NCBI GenBank assembly: GCA_043228905.1
Contig: JBHGNT010000003.1
Location: 16,306,001 to 16,370,000, forward strand
Length of the DNA: 64,000 nucleotides
Reading direction: 5' to 3'
Source: Azolla caroliniana
Taxonomy: Eukaryota > Plantae > Polypodiophyta
The translations under genes and the position numbers were made by a program. The notes beneath the pieces are model-generated. The model saw only the letters and a list, made by a program, of their open reading frames with translations. It did not search any database and had not been told where the DNA came from. Positions 13,201-24,794 of the stretch are shown here, one piece after another. Each line of letters begins with the position of its first letter. Position 1 is the stretch's first letter.

Positions 13201-15881
13201 AGGAAAATGCGTTATCCAATTGATGATATATCTTGTTCTTCAAATCTAATGTCAAGGGTTGAATATTAATCTCTCTCTCCATTTCAATCTCTCTCAATCT
13301 AAAGTGAAGTGTTCTATCTTATCTCAATCTCTTTCTCTTTAATTTATCTTAAATACTTTCTCGCTAAAGCTACTACAAACTTCAAATCATTCCGGTCTAG
13401 AACCTCAGCGGTTCCGCCTCACGATCTGCACATAGTGACGGATTTTTCACGACACCATCTCTTCGGTTCCTTGCGCGGGGAGAGCACGACAGAGTCTCCA
13501 CTACTCGCCGGTTCTTCATCTGATTGGTCATCTTGACTCAACCGCTCATTAGGTCCACTTAGCCGGAGTGAGATCGGACTGTCCTCTAGAGTGCCGAAGT
13601 CTTCATCTTCTTCCTGGACCTCCTCGGGCTCATTAGCCTCATCTTCTCGAATCGGGTCTTCGTCGGGAGTTGGAATCGGTAGGGTGTACCATGATGCTAA
13701 CTCATCAAACTCGACATCTCGACTTGTACATGTTTAGTCTGGGGGTTATAGCACTTATACCCCTGATGCTCATGTGAGTAACCGACTAGGATGCACTTCT
13801 CCGACTTCGGATCTAGCTTCTTCCGGTTCTCATCCGGTACGTGCACATGTGCTATGCTACCGAATATCCGAAGGTGCCTCAAATTTGGCTTCCGGCCGAA
13901 ATATAGCTCATGTGCTAACACCTTGTCTCCAATCCAGTTTTGGATGTAGACGGCCGTCCGGACCACCTCAGCCTAGTAGAATTTGGGCATGCTCTTCTCC
14001 TCCAACATTGCCCTTGCCGCGTCAATAATTGACCGGTTCTTCCTTTCGGCCACACCGTTTTGCTTCGGTGTGTATCTGCAGCTGAATTCTCTAAGAATTC
14101 TGTTCTACTGCCGATAACTGTTGAATTGTCCGGAAAAGTATTCTTTCCCGCCATCCGATCGTAGGCACTTGATCTTCCTCTCCGTTTCCCTTTCGACTAA
14201 AGTTTGAAGGTTCCGGAAACAATCGAAGACATCACTTTTCTTCTCGATGAGGTAGATCCACGTGTGCCGACTGTAGTTGTCGATGAAGGAGACAAAATAC
14301 CGACTCCCGCCAAGACTATTGTTCTGTGCCGGTCTGCATACATCCGAATGGATTAGATCGAGCTTGTTACGGCTCCGGTTTCGTTCGGTGGGAAATGGAA
14401 GCCGATGTTGCTTCCTGAGTTGGTAGGCTTCACATATTTGGGCCTTCCGGCCACTAAACTTCGGCAATCCGAACACAACTTGTTTCGATTGAAGATCTTG
14501 AAGCCTCCAGTAGTTGACATGGCTGATCCGCTTATGCCAAAGATCGATATCCGATTCAATCTTCTGTCCTTTGGAAAACATGGCGGTGCCGACGTCATTA
14601 GTGTTGTGAGGATGAACATCCTCCCTTCTCTGCGCCCTTGCGCAATTATCCGACCTTCTTTTTCGATGAAGCACCCAAGGTGTGTAAACCGCACCTGCAT
14701 CCCTTGGTCGATGATTTGTCTGATCGATACCACGTTTTGTGAGAGAGTTGGAACGTGTAGTACGTTCATCAACTTTCCCTTTTGTCCGACATGGCTTAAA
14801 GGGACTTCTTCGACATGCACAATCGGGTGAGGGGTGTCGTCTCCGGTTTCGACAATCCCCAGTTGTTCCGGCTTCTCCAAAAAAGAGAACTACTCTTCAT
14901 GGCTTGTCATGTGGTTGGATGCTCCGTAATCAACGTACCATACTTATGCAGATTTGGAAGTAGTCTTCTTCGTCGAGTTAACCTTGTGCTTCATCACGAA
15001 GGCTGGCCCTTTACCGGTCTTCCCGGTTCCAGATCCTTCTGATCCTTCTGCGTAGTGCGAGTTTTGCTGGTTCCCTTGTCCAACCTTGCTGGATCTGGAT
15101 TTATCCGAATCGGCACGCATCTTCCAACACTCGCTCTTTCTGTGGCCTTTCTTGCCATAGTACCAGCATTCCGTGTCGGTTTTTGATTGCCGGTTTCCAG
15201 CTCCGACTTGACTCCCGTTGCGTGTGGAGGTTCCGGAACTGCTGTCGGCATCGTCTCTGTGCCCTCAGTTCTACTCTTGCCGGCCGACTCCATTGCGTGC
15301 CAACCCACCTCGTCCTCCATGCCCACGGGACCGATCCACCTCCGTGCATAGCGTCCGACTGTCCGATTGAGTGGTCCTCAACCCACTCGCATGGTTTTCT
15401 TCGACCATCAACATTGATTATAAGTCGAAGAAGGACAGTGGCTTCTCCTGGGTGCAAATTGCCATCCGGATTGGCTTGTACCGTTGTGCTAGACCACCGA
15501 GGCATATTTGACCCATCTTTTCTTCGTCCACCGTCACGTTGATGGACCCGAGCGCGTCACAAATCTCCTTTATCTTGGTGGTGTAGTTCGTAACCAACAT
15601 ATGTCTTTGCCGGAGGTGCAACTTATGTGTTGTGGTACTCGTCGAGAAAATCTTCCGAAGATTTTCCCAAGCCTCCATCGGCATTTTTGCATCCTTGATG
15701 TAGCCAAGCATCTGATCATGCACACAGGAGGCGAGGCAGTACAAAACTCGGCTCACTCCTTGCTCCCATGCCGGGAAGTCCTTGTGTGCTGGCTCCGGCG
15801 CTACTGCGTTGGTTCCTTCCAGGTAGCTCCAATATCCATTCCCCAACAGGTACTAGTGCATTTTATATGACCTAGACGCAT
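10248..15881 (-). pseudogene. Disrupted gag-pol of Copia A (interrupted by the solo LTR)
   Basis: WYVDYGASNHMT protease, LWHKR / HSDV / SDGGKEY integrase, DYEETFAPVAK and LYVDD RT, STEAEY and KHIEVHYHF RNase H; multiple stops and frameshifts. Confidence 0.9.
12252..13454 (+). mobile_element. Solo LTR (~1.2 kb) related to the Trp-primed Gypsy family
   Basis: TGTGGTGAAGA...TTTTTCACGACA termini resemble B1/B2; flanks CTGT and CCAT are a decayed CCGT duplication; removing it restores the Copia A reading frame; TATA CTATAAAAG at ~13140. Confidence 0.8.
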
Positions 15882-16585
15882 TGCCGAGGTATTCCTCGCG
15901 GATGCGCGGAATGAGGCGGGGCCTCGGGGGTCTTGTACCGAAGAGCAGGAGAGAAAAGAGAAGGGAGGGGACCCACTACATGCGAGCGTAGATTCACAGG
16001 GACACGGCCCTTCGACACAAAGACACGAGTGGGACACCGACGTAGAGAGACACGAATGTACGTATATATATATATTAACAAACACAAACAACAAGAAACA
16101 CGAGTTCGGTTACAATCGAACAGGCCGGCGAACAGATGCTGATGCCTGTTCGTAAATGCTCAGAAAGAAAGGAGCAGGTTGGAGGTGCTGCCGGAAGCAC
16201 TCGGGCATTCCTCAGAGCAGCGCGAGCCTCCCAAAACCTGCACAGAAAGAAGCTACGGAGCTTTGGAAGAGAGAGAAGCCTTCGGCCGACAATCCGACAG
16301 CACTCCCCCCCCTCTCTATCTGCGATCCCCCTCCTTTTATAGGCAAGAAAGGAGCCGTTTCCCATTAACTTCCTACCTACCGAATCTACCTACCTAGGAT
16401 ATTCTATGTACCTAATTCTCTCTTATGTACAACATAAGGCGTACGTGCATGAAGAGCCGGTTCCTACGCTCCGGTGCACCGATTCTGCTTGTGGACGGTT
16501 TTCTTTACGACATCCGCCCCCACCTAACCGCGCATCCACCGGCATGCGCCCAATTGAGTTGGGACAGAGAAAACCGGTCCAGTCT

Positions 16586-19500
16586 TCATTCCCTGCCCGT
16601 CGGTTCTTCCTCGGTTTCGGACCGTTCGTCGTCGCGGTCCAGGTTAACCGGATCCGGCTCGTCATCGTGACGCTTCTTGAACGCTTTGATCCGCTTCCCA
16701 GCTACCGGTATCGCCATTCTCGTGCCGTCGAGTTCTGCCAAATGGTACGTCCCGTTGTCGTTGGCGCTTTGTACCACGTAAGGCCCGAACCACCTTCTTG
16801 CGAACTTCCGTGCTGCTCGGTGCTGGTTGTCGAGGCTGTTGTCGTAGACTAGCACCCAGTCGCCTTCCTCGATCTTCTTCGGTCGGAGCCAGTGCATTCG
16901 GTCGAACCGGGCTTTGTTCCTCGTCCTTGCCACCCGAAGCTTTCCCGCAGCCTGCTCCACATCCTCCGGTCTTCGCTCGAGTTGTCGTATGCGCGCCGCC
17001 AACAGTTCCTCCCGACTCATCTCGTCTCTCCAGTCCACGGTTGCCCATGAGGAGATCGTATGTTCCATCGGCATGATTGGCTTCTGCCCAAACATGAGCT
17101 CTGCCGGCATGAATTCGGTTACCGAATTGTGCGTAAGGCAGCAGCCGCGGCCAGTTCCCGACTTGACCTCCGCATGCCCGAACTAATGCCTTGACGATCG
17201 GTCTGTGTCCGCGCTTCACCTTCTCATTCGCCTCCGGATTGTACGCAGTGGTAAGCGAGAGCTTGACTCCTAGCCGGTCGAACAACTCCTCGGCCTCTTC
17301 GGCGTCCAACTCCCCGCGATCAGCCACGATCTTCCCGACGCACCCGTACCGGCATATCACGTCCTCGATCAGGAACCGACATACGGCCGTGGTCGTTTTG
17401 TTCTGAAGGGCTCGGCCTTCCACCTGGTTCGTCAGATCTTCCCGAGCCAGGACCAGATACCGCATCTGTCCTATTCCCATCGGCATCGTCACCAGATCTA
17501 CAATCCATTTGAAGTGGATGGTCGGAGGGTACGTAGGGTGAAGCTCGACCCGATGTCGGACTATGGAGTGCATCTGACAGCTCTCGCAAGTTGTCACGAA
17601 CCGATGCACGTCCCGGTACAGTCCCGGCCACCAGTACTTCCCCTTTATCTTCTCGAACGTGGCCCACGTTCCACGGTGTCCAACCCAAGAGCTGTCGTGG
17701 TAGGCCGTCAGCAGCTCCTCCTGTTCTTCCTTCATCGCCACCACCCGGAGCGGGACGCCGTTCCTCTTCTTCGGGTGCTTCCATAAGTATCCGCCCCGGA
17801 GAAAGAATCGGTATGCTTTCTTCCGGATCCGGTTAGTCTCGTCCCTCGTCCATGATGCATCCGGCGTCATGGTCCTTAAGAAACCACCGATCTGTAGCCA
17901 CTCACCGTCGTACTTGCTCTCGTCGAAGCCGTTAAGTGCCGGAGTGCTCGTCCCATCGGTCGTCACGTACGCTGCCTCGAAGAAGTCCACGCTGACTTCT
18001 TCGTCCTCCGTAACCATGCCGCCCTCGTCATCAAACCTCGCCCTCAAAAGCATGTCGGCCATGGCGTTGTCCTTTCCGGAAATGTGTCGTATTTCCGGGT
18101 CCAGGGACTTGATGTACGCTATCCACCTGAGCATCACTAGGTCCGGTGTCGCGCATCCGGAAACCATGCCGAGAATTGGCAGGCAATCCGTCTCGATAAT
18201 CACTTCTGTCCCGATCAGGTAGTCTTTGTCGGCCTTTACTGCCGAAACGATACCCTAGAGTTCGCGTTTAACCTGGGCGTACCCTCGCTGTCGCTCACTG
18301 AGGACCTTCGCGCCGAATCGGATCGGGAACCGAATGCCGTCCTCGTCTTCTTGGTTGACGACCCATCCGATCCCGGTCGGACTCGTACCCACCGTTATGT
18401 ATATCGGGGTACCCTTCTCGTAGACAGCCTTCCGGAGCGCCGGTGCTGCCGCAAGAGCTTCCTTCAGCTTCCGGACCGACTCCGTGTGCTCGTCTCGCCA
18501 CTCGAATTTTCGCCCCTTCTTCAGCAACCCGTATAGCGGCTCCGCAACGTAGGTGTAATGCGGGACCCATATGTGGTAGAATGCGCATGCCCCCAGGAAC
18601 CTCCGAACTTCTGTAACCGAGCTACAGTCGGTCTTCATCGCGGAGATGGCTTCTACTTTTGCCAGAGACGGCTTCCGGCCATATGGTCCACATAGGTGTC
18701 CGACCACCAGGATTTCTGATTGCCCGAAGGCCGATTTCTCCCCGGAGAAGGTGAGCCTCGCATCCTCTGGTCTTTGTAGCACCTTCTCGCAGTCGTCGAT
18801 GTGTGTTGCCACGAATCGCCGGCATCCGTCAGGCCCGAGTGTCTTGTCCTTCTCTTCCACCGGGCACCCCTTGATCGGGATGTCATCCAGAAATGGCATG
18901 GTGATGTCCGGGATGCAATCCCTCAGTACCTTGTTCATTGCATTCACCATGTGGGCCACCGAGTTGGCAGGGTACACATTCGCACTAGGCCGAGGGGAGT
19001 TCGCATCGTTGTAATGTCTCTGCTCTCCACAGCTAGCTGGAACTGGTCGTACCCCGAGTACAGATCACCGACCGAGTAAATTGACCTTCCGGTGAAGGCC
19101 TCCGCGAACTCGTCTATGGTCGGTCCGATTCCTGCGTTCCGAATGGTCACTCTGTTGACCGGCTGCAAGTCTTGAATGAAGCGCAATGTTCCGTTTTTCT
19201 TTGGTACGGTAAACCATCGGTTCGAGTATGGGGCACTCGACGGTTCGAGAATGCCCATATCGACTTTCTGCCTCAATAGCTCCATCAACTTCGGGATGTG
19301 AGCTCTCGGTACTGGAATCGGCTTGAGATTCCACGGCACATGCGGTACCGTGAATATCACCATCGGCTCCACGATTGTCGGGTCTACGCACCCAATCTCT
19401 TCCGGTGAGAATGCGAAGGCTTTCCCGTGCCTTCTGAGCATTCTCCGAAACCGGTCTTCCTCCGCCGGCAGTAGGAACCCGCCCCCACCGATTTTGAGCT

Positions 19501-20030
19501 CCCGGAGCGTCCCGTCGGTGAAGGTGTGTCCTATGCAGACCGGATCTCGTAAACTGGGGTTCGACGCAACCCCTCTGATTCGGGACTCGCTGCCCTCCGG
19601 TAAGGGTGCCGCGACTGGCCTTACCTTCCGGTCCACAGTCTTGTACTTCGTGCTAACTCGGGCCGTCCGATCCGACCCGAGCCCCCGATGACTTCGTACA
19701 TCTCTTCGGAACATACCAGTATCGTCCGGTCTTCGTTAAGGTCTTCTCTGGCTACCTTCCTCAGCATCCCCAAGGTGTCCTCGAAGGAGACCGCCTCCAC
19801 GGCTCCGCTGATTTCCTCGTCCGGGCCGAGAACTCCGCTCGCTCGAAGTCGCTCCTCCGCCCTTGCCTTTTCTCGGCCAACGATGCCGACTATCATACAC
19901 CCTCCGTTGTTGGAGAAGCCAAATTTTCTACCTACCGTACAAGGTTTCTTCGGTTTCGGTTCTATCGTACAGATGTGGGGTCTTTCCCGAGTGTCCGGAC
20001 TGTCTCGGCCCCATGCCTTGGCAGCCCTCT
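16586..20030 (-). pseudogene. pol: B1 ORF2: RT, RNase H, integrase (frameshifted, with stops)
   Basis: DLYSGYDQ, FLDDIPIKG, ETDC, H-H-C-C zinc finger, VADRGE and GPY motifs. Confidence 0.9.
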
Positions 20031-21303
20031 CTAAAAATCCTCCCGGTTCTTGCCACCGAGGGATTCGCGGTTTCGCTCGTGGTTCGGCCGCACCGTCAGA
20101 AATTGGACCGAATGGTGCCCGTCCTGGCTTTTGACCCTCGCGTAGGCCGAACCGTTGTCCAACACCTTGGTCTCCATTCGCGCCGCCGTGATGTATGGTT
20201 CCCCTAATATGACCGGGTGCGAGGACGTCTCCTGCACAAAGAAGTGTTGGTCAATCTCGACGTCGCCGATCTTGACTCGCACATTCGGGCAGGCCCCGTG
20301 CAGTTCCTCTGTGGCGCACGTCGCCGCCCGTATCTTCCACCCGTGCTTGGTGTTGATCGGCGATTTTCCCTTCTTATAGAGGTCCATGGACATCAGGTTT
20401 ATTTCCGAACCGTGGTCCACCAGTGCCACCACCGGTTCCTGAACATCTCCGATCTTTACCGGGGTCTCCGTGGTCGCTCGGGCCCAGTGTGGCCTCGAAT
20501 AGTGGCTCTCCGCCCACTCATCTTCCAGCGCCAAGTCGTCGATGTGCGTCGTCCGCACCTCCACTGGTCTTTCCGGTTCCGTCTCCGTCGACAGCCTCTT
20601 CCGTTTCACCAAGTCCACAATGGAGTCGTGGAACTCCTTCTTGGCGATCCCTAGCACCTCCCGCAATGACAGCTCCACTTTGCTGTCGAGGATCCGTTCT
20701 TCTAGGACCTTTCGTAGGTCCTTGGTCCTTTCTATTTCTGTCCCCAGTCGGTATCCGCCCTTCCTGGGGTTATCTTGCGCGCTAGACCCACCGGCTTCGT
20801 TCCGTCGTTGCCTGAATCGGGTCTCGTATCGTTGTGAGGGCCCGGCCGCTCCGGCTTTCCCCACTCGTTTGTCTTCTACCAGAGCCTTGTAGTTCCGGTA
20901 GGCGGCTTCTACGAAGCCTGTCTTCTCCTTGACCGGATCGCTCCACCCGGTTATTTCCCGGACCCGTCTCTCAGCGCGGTCCGTTTCATCTTTCCTTAGC
21001 CGTGCGTCGACGAGGCCTTCCAGCATTGCCGACCAGAATCCGTCTTTGCTCTCCTTTCGGGCCTCGCTGCCACGGACCCGAATGCCGGCCGACGCCGAGT
21101 AGTGGATGGCCTCCACGTGTCGGGCCGCTGCCTCTTCCATCAGTCTCTTCATACCTCCTCGCCCGTCGTTTCGGTTTAGGGCCCTTCTGGTGTCGCCGGC
21201 GTGCACCCGGCCGGCCTTCCCACAGGTACACCACCCGGTTCCTCAACGCTTCTACGAAATCGCCGCAGTCCTTCCGAATGTGGCCGACCTCGTCGCACCA
21301 CAT
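20031..21303 (-). pseudogene. gag: B1 ORF1 remnant: CCHC knuckle and protease
   Basis: CMWCDEVGHIRKDC knuckle, LVDHGSEINLM and VILGEP; ends in REDF*. Confidence 0.85.
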
Positions 21304-22236
21304 GCACCTGTTCCCTGTTCCCGGCCGTCGGTCACGAGCCGGTTCGCCGCCTCCTTCACGTCGGGTTCACCAAGATGTCGAGGTATTCCTCGCGGATGCG
21401 CGGAATGAGGCGGGGCCTCGGGGGTCTTGTACCGAAGAGCAGGAGAGAAAAGAGAAGGGAGGGGACCCACTACGTGCGAGTGTATATTCACAGGGACACG
21501 GCCCTTCGACACAAAGACGCGAGTGGGACACCGACGCAGAGAGACACGAATGTATGTATATATATATATTAACAAAGACAAACAACAAGAAACACGAGTT
21601 CGGTTACAATCGAACAGGCTGGCGAATAGATGTCGATGCCTGTTCGTAAACGCTCAGAAAGAAAGGAGCAGGTTGGAGGTGCTGTCGGAAGCACTCACTC
21701 GGGCATTCCTCAGAGCAGCGCGAGCCTCCCGAAACCTGCACAGAAAGAAGCTACGGAGCTTTGGAAGAGAGAGAAGCCTTCGGCCGACAATCCGACAGCA
21801 CTCCCCCCCCTCTCTATCCGCGATCCCCCTCCTTTTATAGGCAAGAAAGGAGCCGTTTCCCATTAACTTCCTACCTACCGAATCTACCTACCTAGGATCG
21901 TCTATGTACCTAATTCTCTCTTATGTACAACATAAGGCGTACGTGCATGAAGAGCCGGTTCCTACGCTCCGGTGCACCGATTCTGCTTGTGGACGGTTTT
22001 CTTCACGACAACGTAGTTGCTTCGGTTGAGCTTCTCTGTGGGAACTGAACTCGCCATACCTCTATCCATATCTTTCTCTTTTTGTCCTTACCGGGTATTA
22101 GGGTTTGTCTTCGAAAACGTCTGTCGGCTGTAGAGGTTCTCAACCGTCGCCCTCTGATACCATGTCAAAGTAAACGTGTGGAAGCGTTTGACAAATCGGC
22201 TAAGCCGGATAGCAACATAAGATGAAAGGAAAACTC

Positions 22237-22238
<2 letters not shown>

Positions 22239-22279
<41 letters not shown>
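22239..22279. repeat. (GA)n microsatellite in the Copia A LTR
   Basis: About 20 GA units; shorter in the partner LTR at ~9568. Confidence 0.9.
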
Positions 22280-22280
<1 letters not shown>

Positions 22281-22757
22281 AGAACATAAACTCAATTCAA
22301 AATAATACTCTCAATTTCTGTGTACATAGTGTTGGCCGGTCAAAAGAAGGCAAATGGGAAAGCAAAGATGGATCGGAGTCGAAGCGGATAAATAGATAAA
22401 TAGAATTATTAGGAGGGACGGATCCGGTAGTTGTAACCGATCCGGATCCGAATCGATTTGGTTTCGGTTAACGGTTGCCTAAGAGCACCGATTGTAATCT
22501 GGCCGGATGCCTATAAAAGGATCCGATGTTTTGTAATGAAGGGACGAAGAATTAATATAGTTTTGCTTATGCTTATTGATCTTGTCTTCGTCTGTGCTTA
22601 ATTGTAATTATCATACGCGTGCATTAACATCCTATTCCTACCACCCCTTTGGAGAAGTGTCGGATAGACACCTGTGTTGCGGCTAGTCCAGCCAAACATA
22701 CAACACTATTTTGGCGACCACGATTCCTGCAGAGTGCAGAGGACAACCGGGGGATGG

Positions 22758-24794
22758 ATGTCTAGACAAGACAACGACCACATCACCGAAAGAGGGAGAC
22801 GCCACGCCGAACGACAGCGACGACGGGAAGCCCTGCAGCAAGCCGTCGACGAGATCCGGCGCGATCAGTCATTCTCCAAAACGCTTCGGCAAATCGCAGA
22901 AGAAGCACTGCAGTTCCAGGTTCTACAAGCTTCCGACGAAGGCAGTAGCATCACAAGCCTCCGGGAGGCGGAAACAATACTACAGACGCTCGCCGGCGGT
23001 GAGGGGGACGCAGCGGCATTTGCAACATTAGAGGCGGATTCGGATAGCGGGGAAAGCGTGGGATCCCGTTATAAAAGCAGCCACGAGAACAACCCCTTTG
23101 AGTCGGATTACTCAGCAACATCGGAGCCAAAGGAGGAAATAACTCTGGAGTTCGGTGACCGGCAATCGCCGAGGAGGGAGGAGCAGTTACCAACACCACC
23201 CGCGGAGGAAACGCAGGAACAGTTACCAACACCACCCGCGGAGGAAGCGCAGGAGCGGTTACCGACACCACCCGCGGAGGAATCGCAGGAGCGGTTACCA
23301 ACACCACCCGCGGAGGAACAACAGGAGTCGGAGGAAGCAACGCAGGAGAATCAGTGGGACGACACGATGCCGTATCCGTACCCAAAGTATCAGGATGAGC
23401 CCGACGCCGAGGCACATGTGTATGCATTCCTGCAAACATGGGAAGCCAACCATGTTTCCCAGAGACTGACGGAGCCCGAGGCCGACCGATCCAAAGTCGC
23501 CGAATTCGGCATGACATTAGAAGGACCGGCGGCCCGGTGGCATGCAAAGCACTTACCCGGCAGCATTGCCACGTTCGAGGCATTGAAAACCAAGTTTTTA
23601 CGCCTGTTTCATAAACGAGTGGAACAAAGGGAATTGGTCGGACAATTCTACACCACCCAGCAGGGAGAAAACGAGACGGTCCCACAATTTATCATTCGAT
23701 TCCAGACCTTGCACAGTCAATTAGCAAGAGCACCACCCGAAGAGGAGGCCAAAGCAGTCTTTTTGGCTGCGTTGAAAGAGCCACTTCGAGCGATGTGTGG
23801 GATCCTCGATTTCAGCACCAGCACAATGGACCAAGTCATTGATCGGGTCCTGGAAATGGACAAGACGAGCTCCTTCTTGCCGATGGGGGCGTTACACCGG
23901 GCGCTTCCGAGGGAGGAGGACCTGAGGTTCCGGCAAGCCTTACAATGCACAACATGCCTCAATTCGGGGCACTCGACCGTGGACTGCCACCTGCATTCAC
24001 TATGTGTGATATGCAATTCTCGCGCCCACACAACAAACCGATGCGAATATAACCTGTTAACTCGGCAGGCGGCACCGGTCCGACACATAGAACCGCGCAA
24101 TCGGGACCCGGAAGAGGATCGATTCCGGAGAGACGACCGCTACCAACGAGAACGCGGCGACAGATACCCCGATAGAAGACGCGACAGCTACCGAGAGGAG
24201 AAACGCAGAGATAGCTACCCCCGGGACCGGTACGACCGAGACGAATCCTCGGAATACGAGCAACGCAGAGAAGAAAGGAGGCAAGGGAACCGGAATTTCC
24301 GACGGAACCAAAGGCGTGGATTTTTCCGTAGAGAGGAGCGTCGGGAGGCAGCAAGGAATGGCAAACCTGTAGCGGCACCGGAGAACCGAAAAACCGAGGA
24401 CAACCGCCGGGGTATGCCCCTTCCCCAAACATGGGAGAAAGGAGAATCCAGCAACACTCACAGGGTGTACTGTTATTACTGCCGAAAGGAGGGGCATTAC
24501 AGTAATCAATGCCCAAGTAAAGCAACCGACAAGCAGCCGGCAGTCAACATGGTGACAGCCGAAGTACAGCAGGTTACCACTCGGTCGAAGGGGAAGGCCG
24601 CCGAATGGGAAGCCCAGGAGGCAATCAGGAAACAAGCAGAGCAATGGATTAAGGCAGCCAATGAACAGTGCACGGCGGAAGTAAAAGACCAAAATATGCC
24701 AAAGGATGAGGAAATCGTACAGCCAGGAGAAAACCCGACATGGCAAGCGCTACAAGATTGTCAGATCGTGCTGCCGTTAGCACGGTTACTGTAG
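22758..24794 (+). CDS. gag: Gag of element F
   Basis: ATG downstream of the PBS; capsid-like LEGPAARW...QGENETV; CCHC knuckles CTTCLNSGHSTVDC, CVICNSRAHTTNRC and CYYCRKEGHYSNQC; ends at a TAG in frame with pol. Confidence 0.85.
   Translation: MSRQDNDHITERGRRHAERQRRREALQQAVDEIRRDQSFSKTLRQIAEEALQFQVLQASDEGSSITSLREAETILQTLAGGEGDAAAFATLEADSDSGESVGSRYKSSHENNPFESDYSATSEPKEEITLEFGDRQSPRREEQLPTPPAEETQEQLPTPPAEEAQERLPTPPAEESQERLPTPPAEEQQESEEATQENQWDDTMPYPYPKYQDEPDAEAHVYAFLQTWEANHVSQRLTEPEADRSKVAEFGMTLEGPAARWHAKHLPGSIATFEALKTKFLRLFHKRVEQRELVGQFYTTQQGENETVPQFIIRFQTLHSQLARAPPEEEAKAVFLAALKEPLRAMCGILDFSTSTMDQVIDRVLEMDKTSSFLPMGALHRALPREEDLRFRQALQCTTCLNSGHSTVDCHLHSLCVICNSRAHTTNRCEYNLLTRQAAPVRHIEPRNRDPEEDRFRRDDRYQRERGDRYPDRRRDSYREEKRRDSYPRDRYDRDESSEYEQRREERRQGNRNFRRNQRRGFFRREERREAARNGKPVAAPENRKTEDNRRGMPLPQTWEKGESSNTHRVYCYYCRKEGHYSNQCPSKATDKQPAVNMVTAEVQQVTTRSKGKAAEWEAQEAIRKQAEQWIKAANEQCTAEVKDQNMPKDEEIVQPGENPTWQALQDCQIVLPLARLL
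23181..23320 (+). repeat. 36-bp tandem repeat x4 in gag (E[Q/R]LPTPPAEExQ)
   Basis: Unit GAGCAGTTACCAACACCACCCGCGGAGGAA... Confidence 0.92.

Larger units (their letters stand above)
15882..22010 (-). mobile_element. Ty3/gypsy element B1 (tRNA-Trp PBS), gag internally deleted; LTRs 21376-22010 and 15882-16512
   Basis: Paired ~630-bp LTRs; PBS TGGTGAACCCGACGTGAA at 21372-21355; G-rich PPT GGTGGGGGCGGA; domain order PR-RT-RH-INT; 4-bp degenerate TSD GCAT/ACGT. Confidence 0.95.
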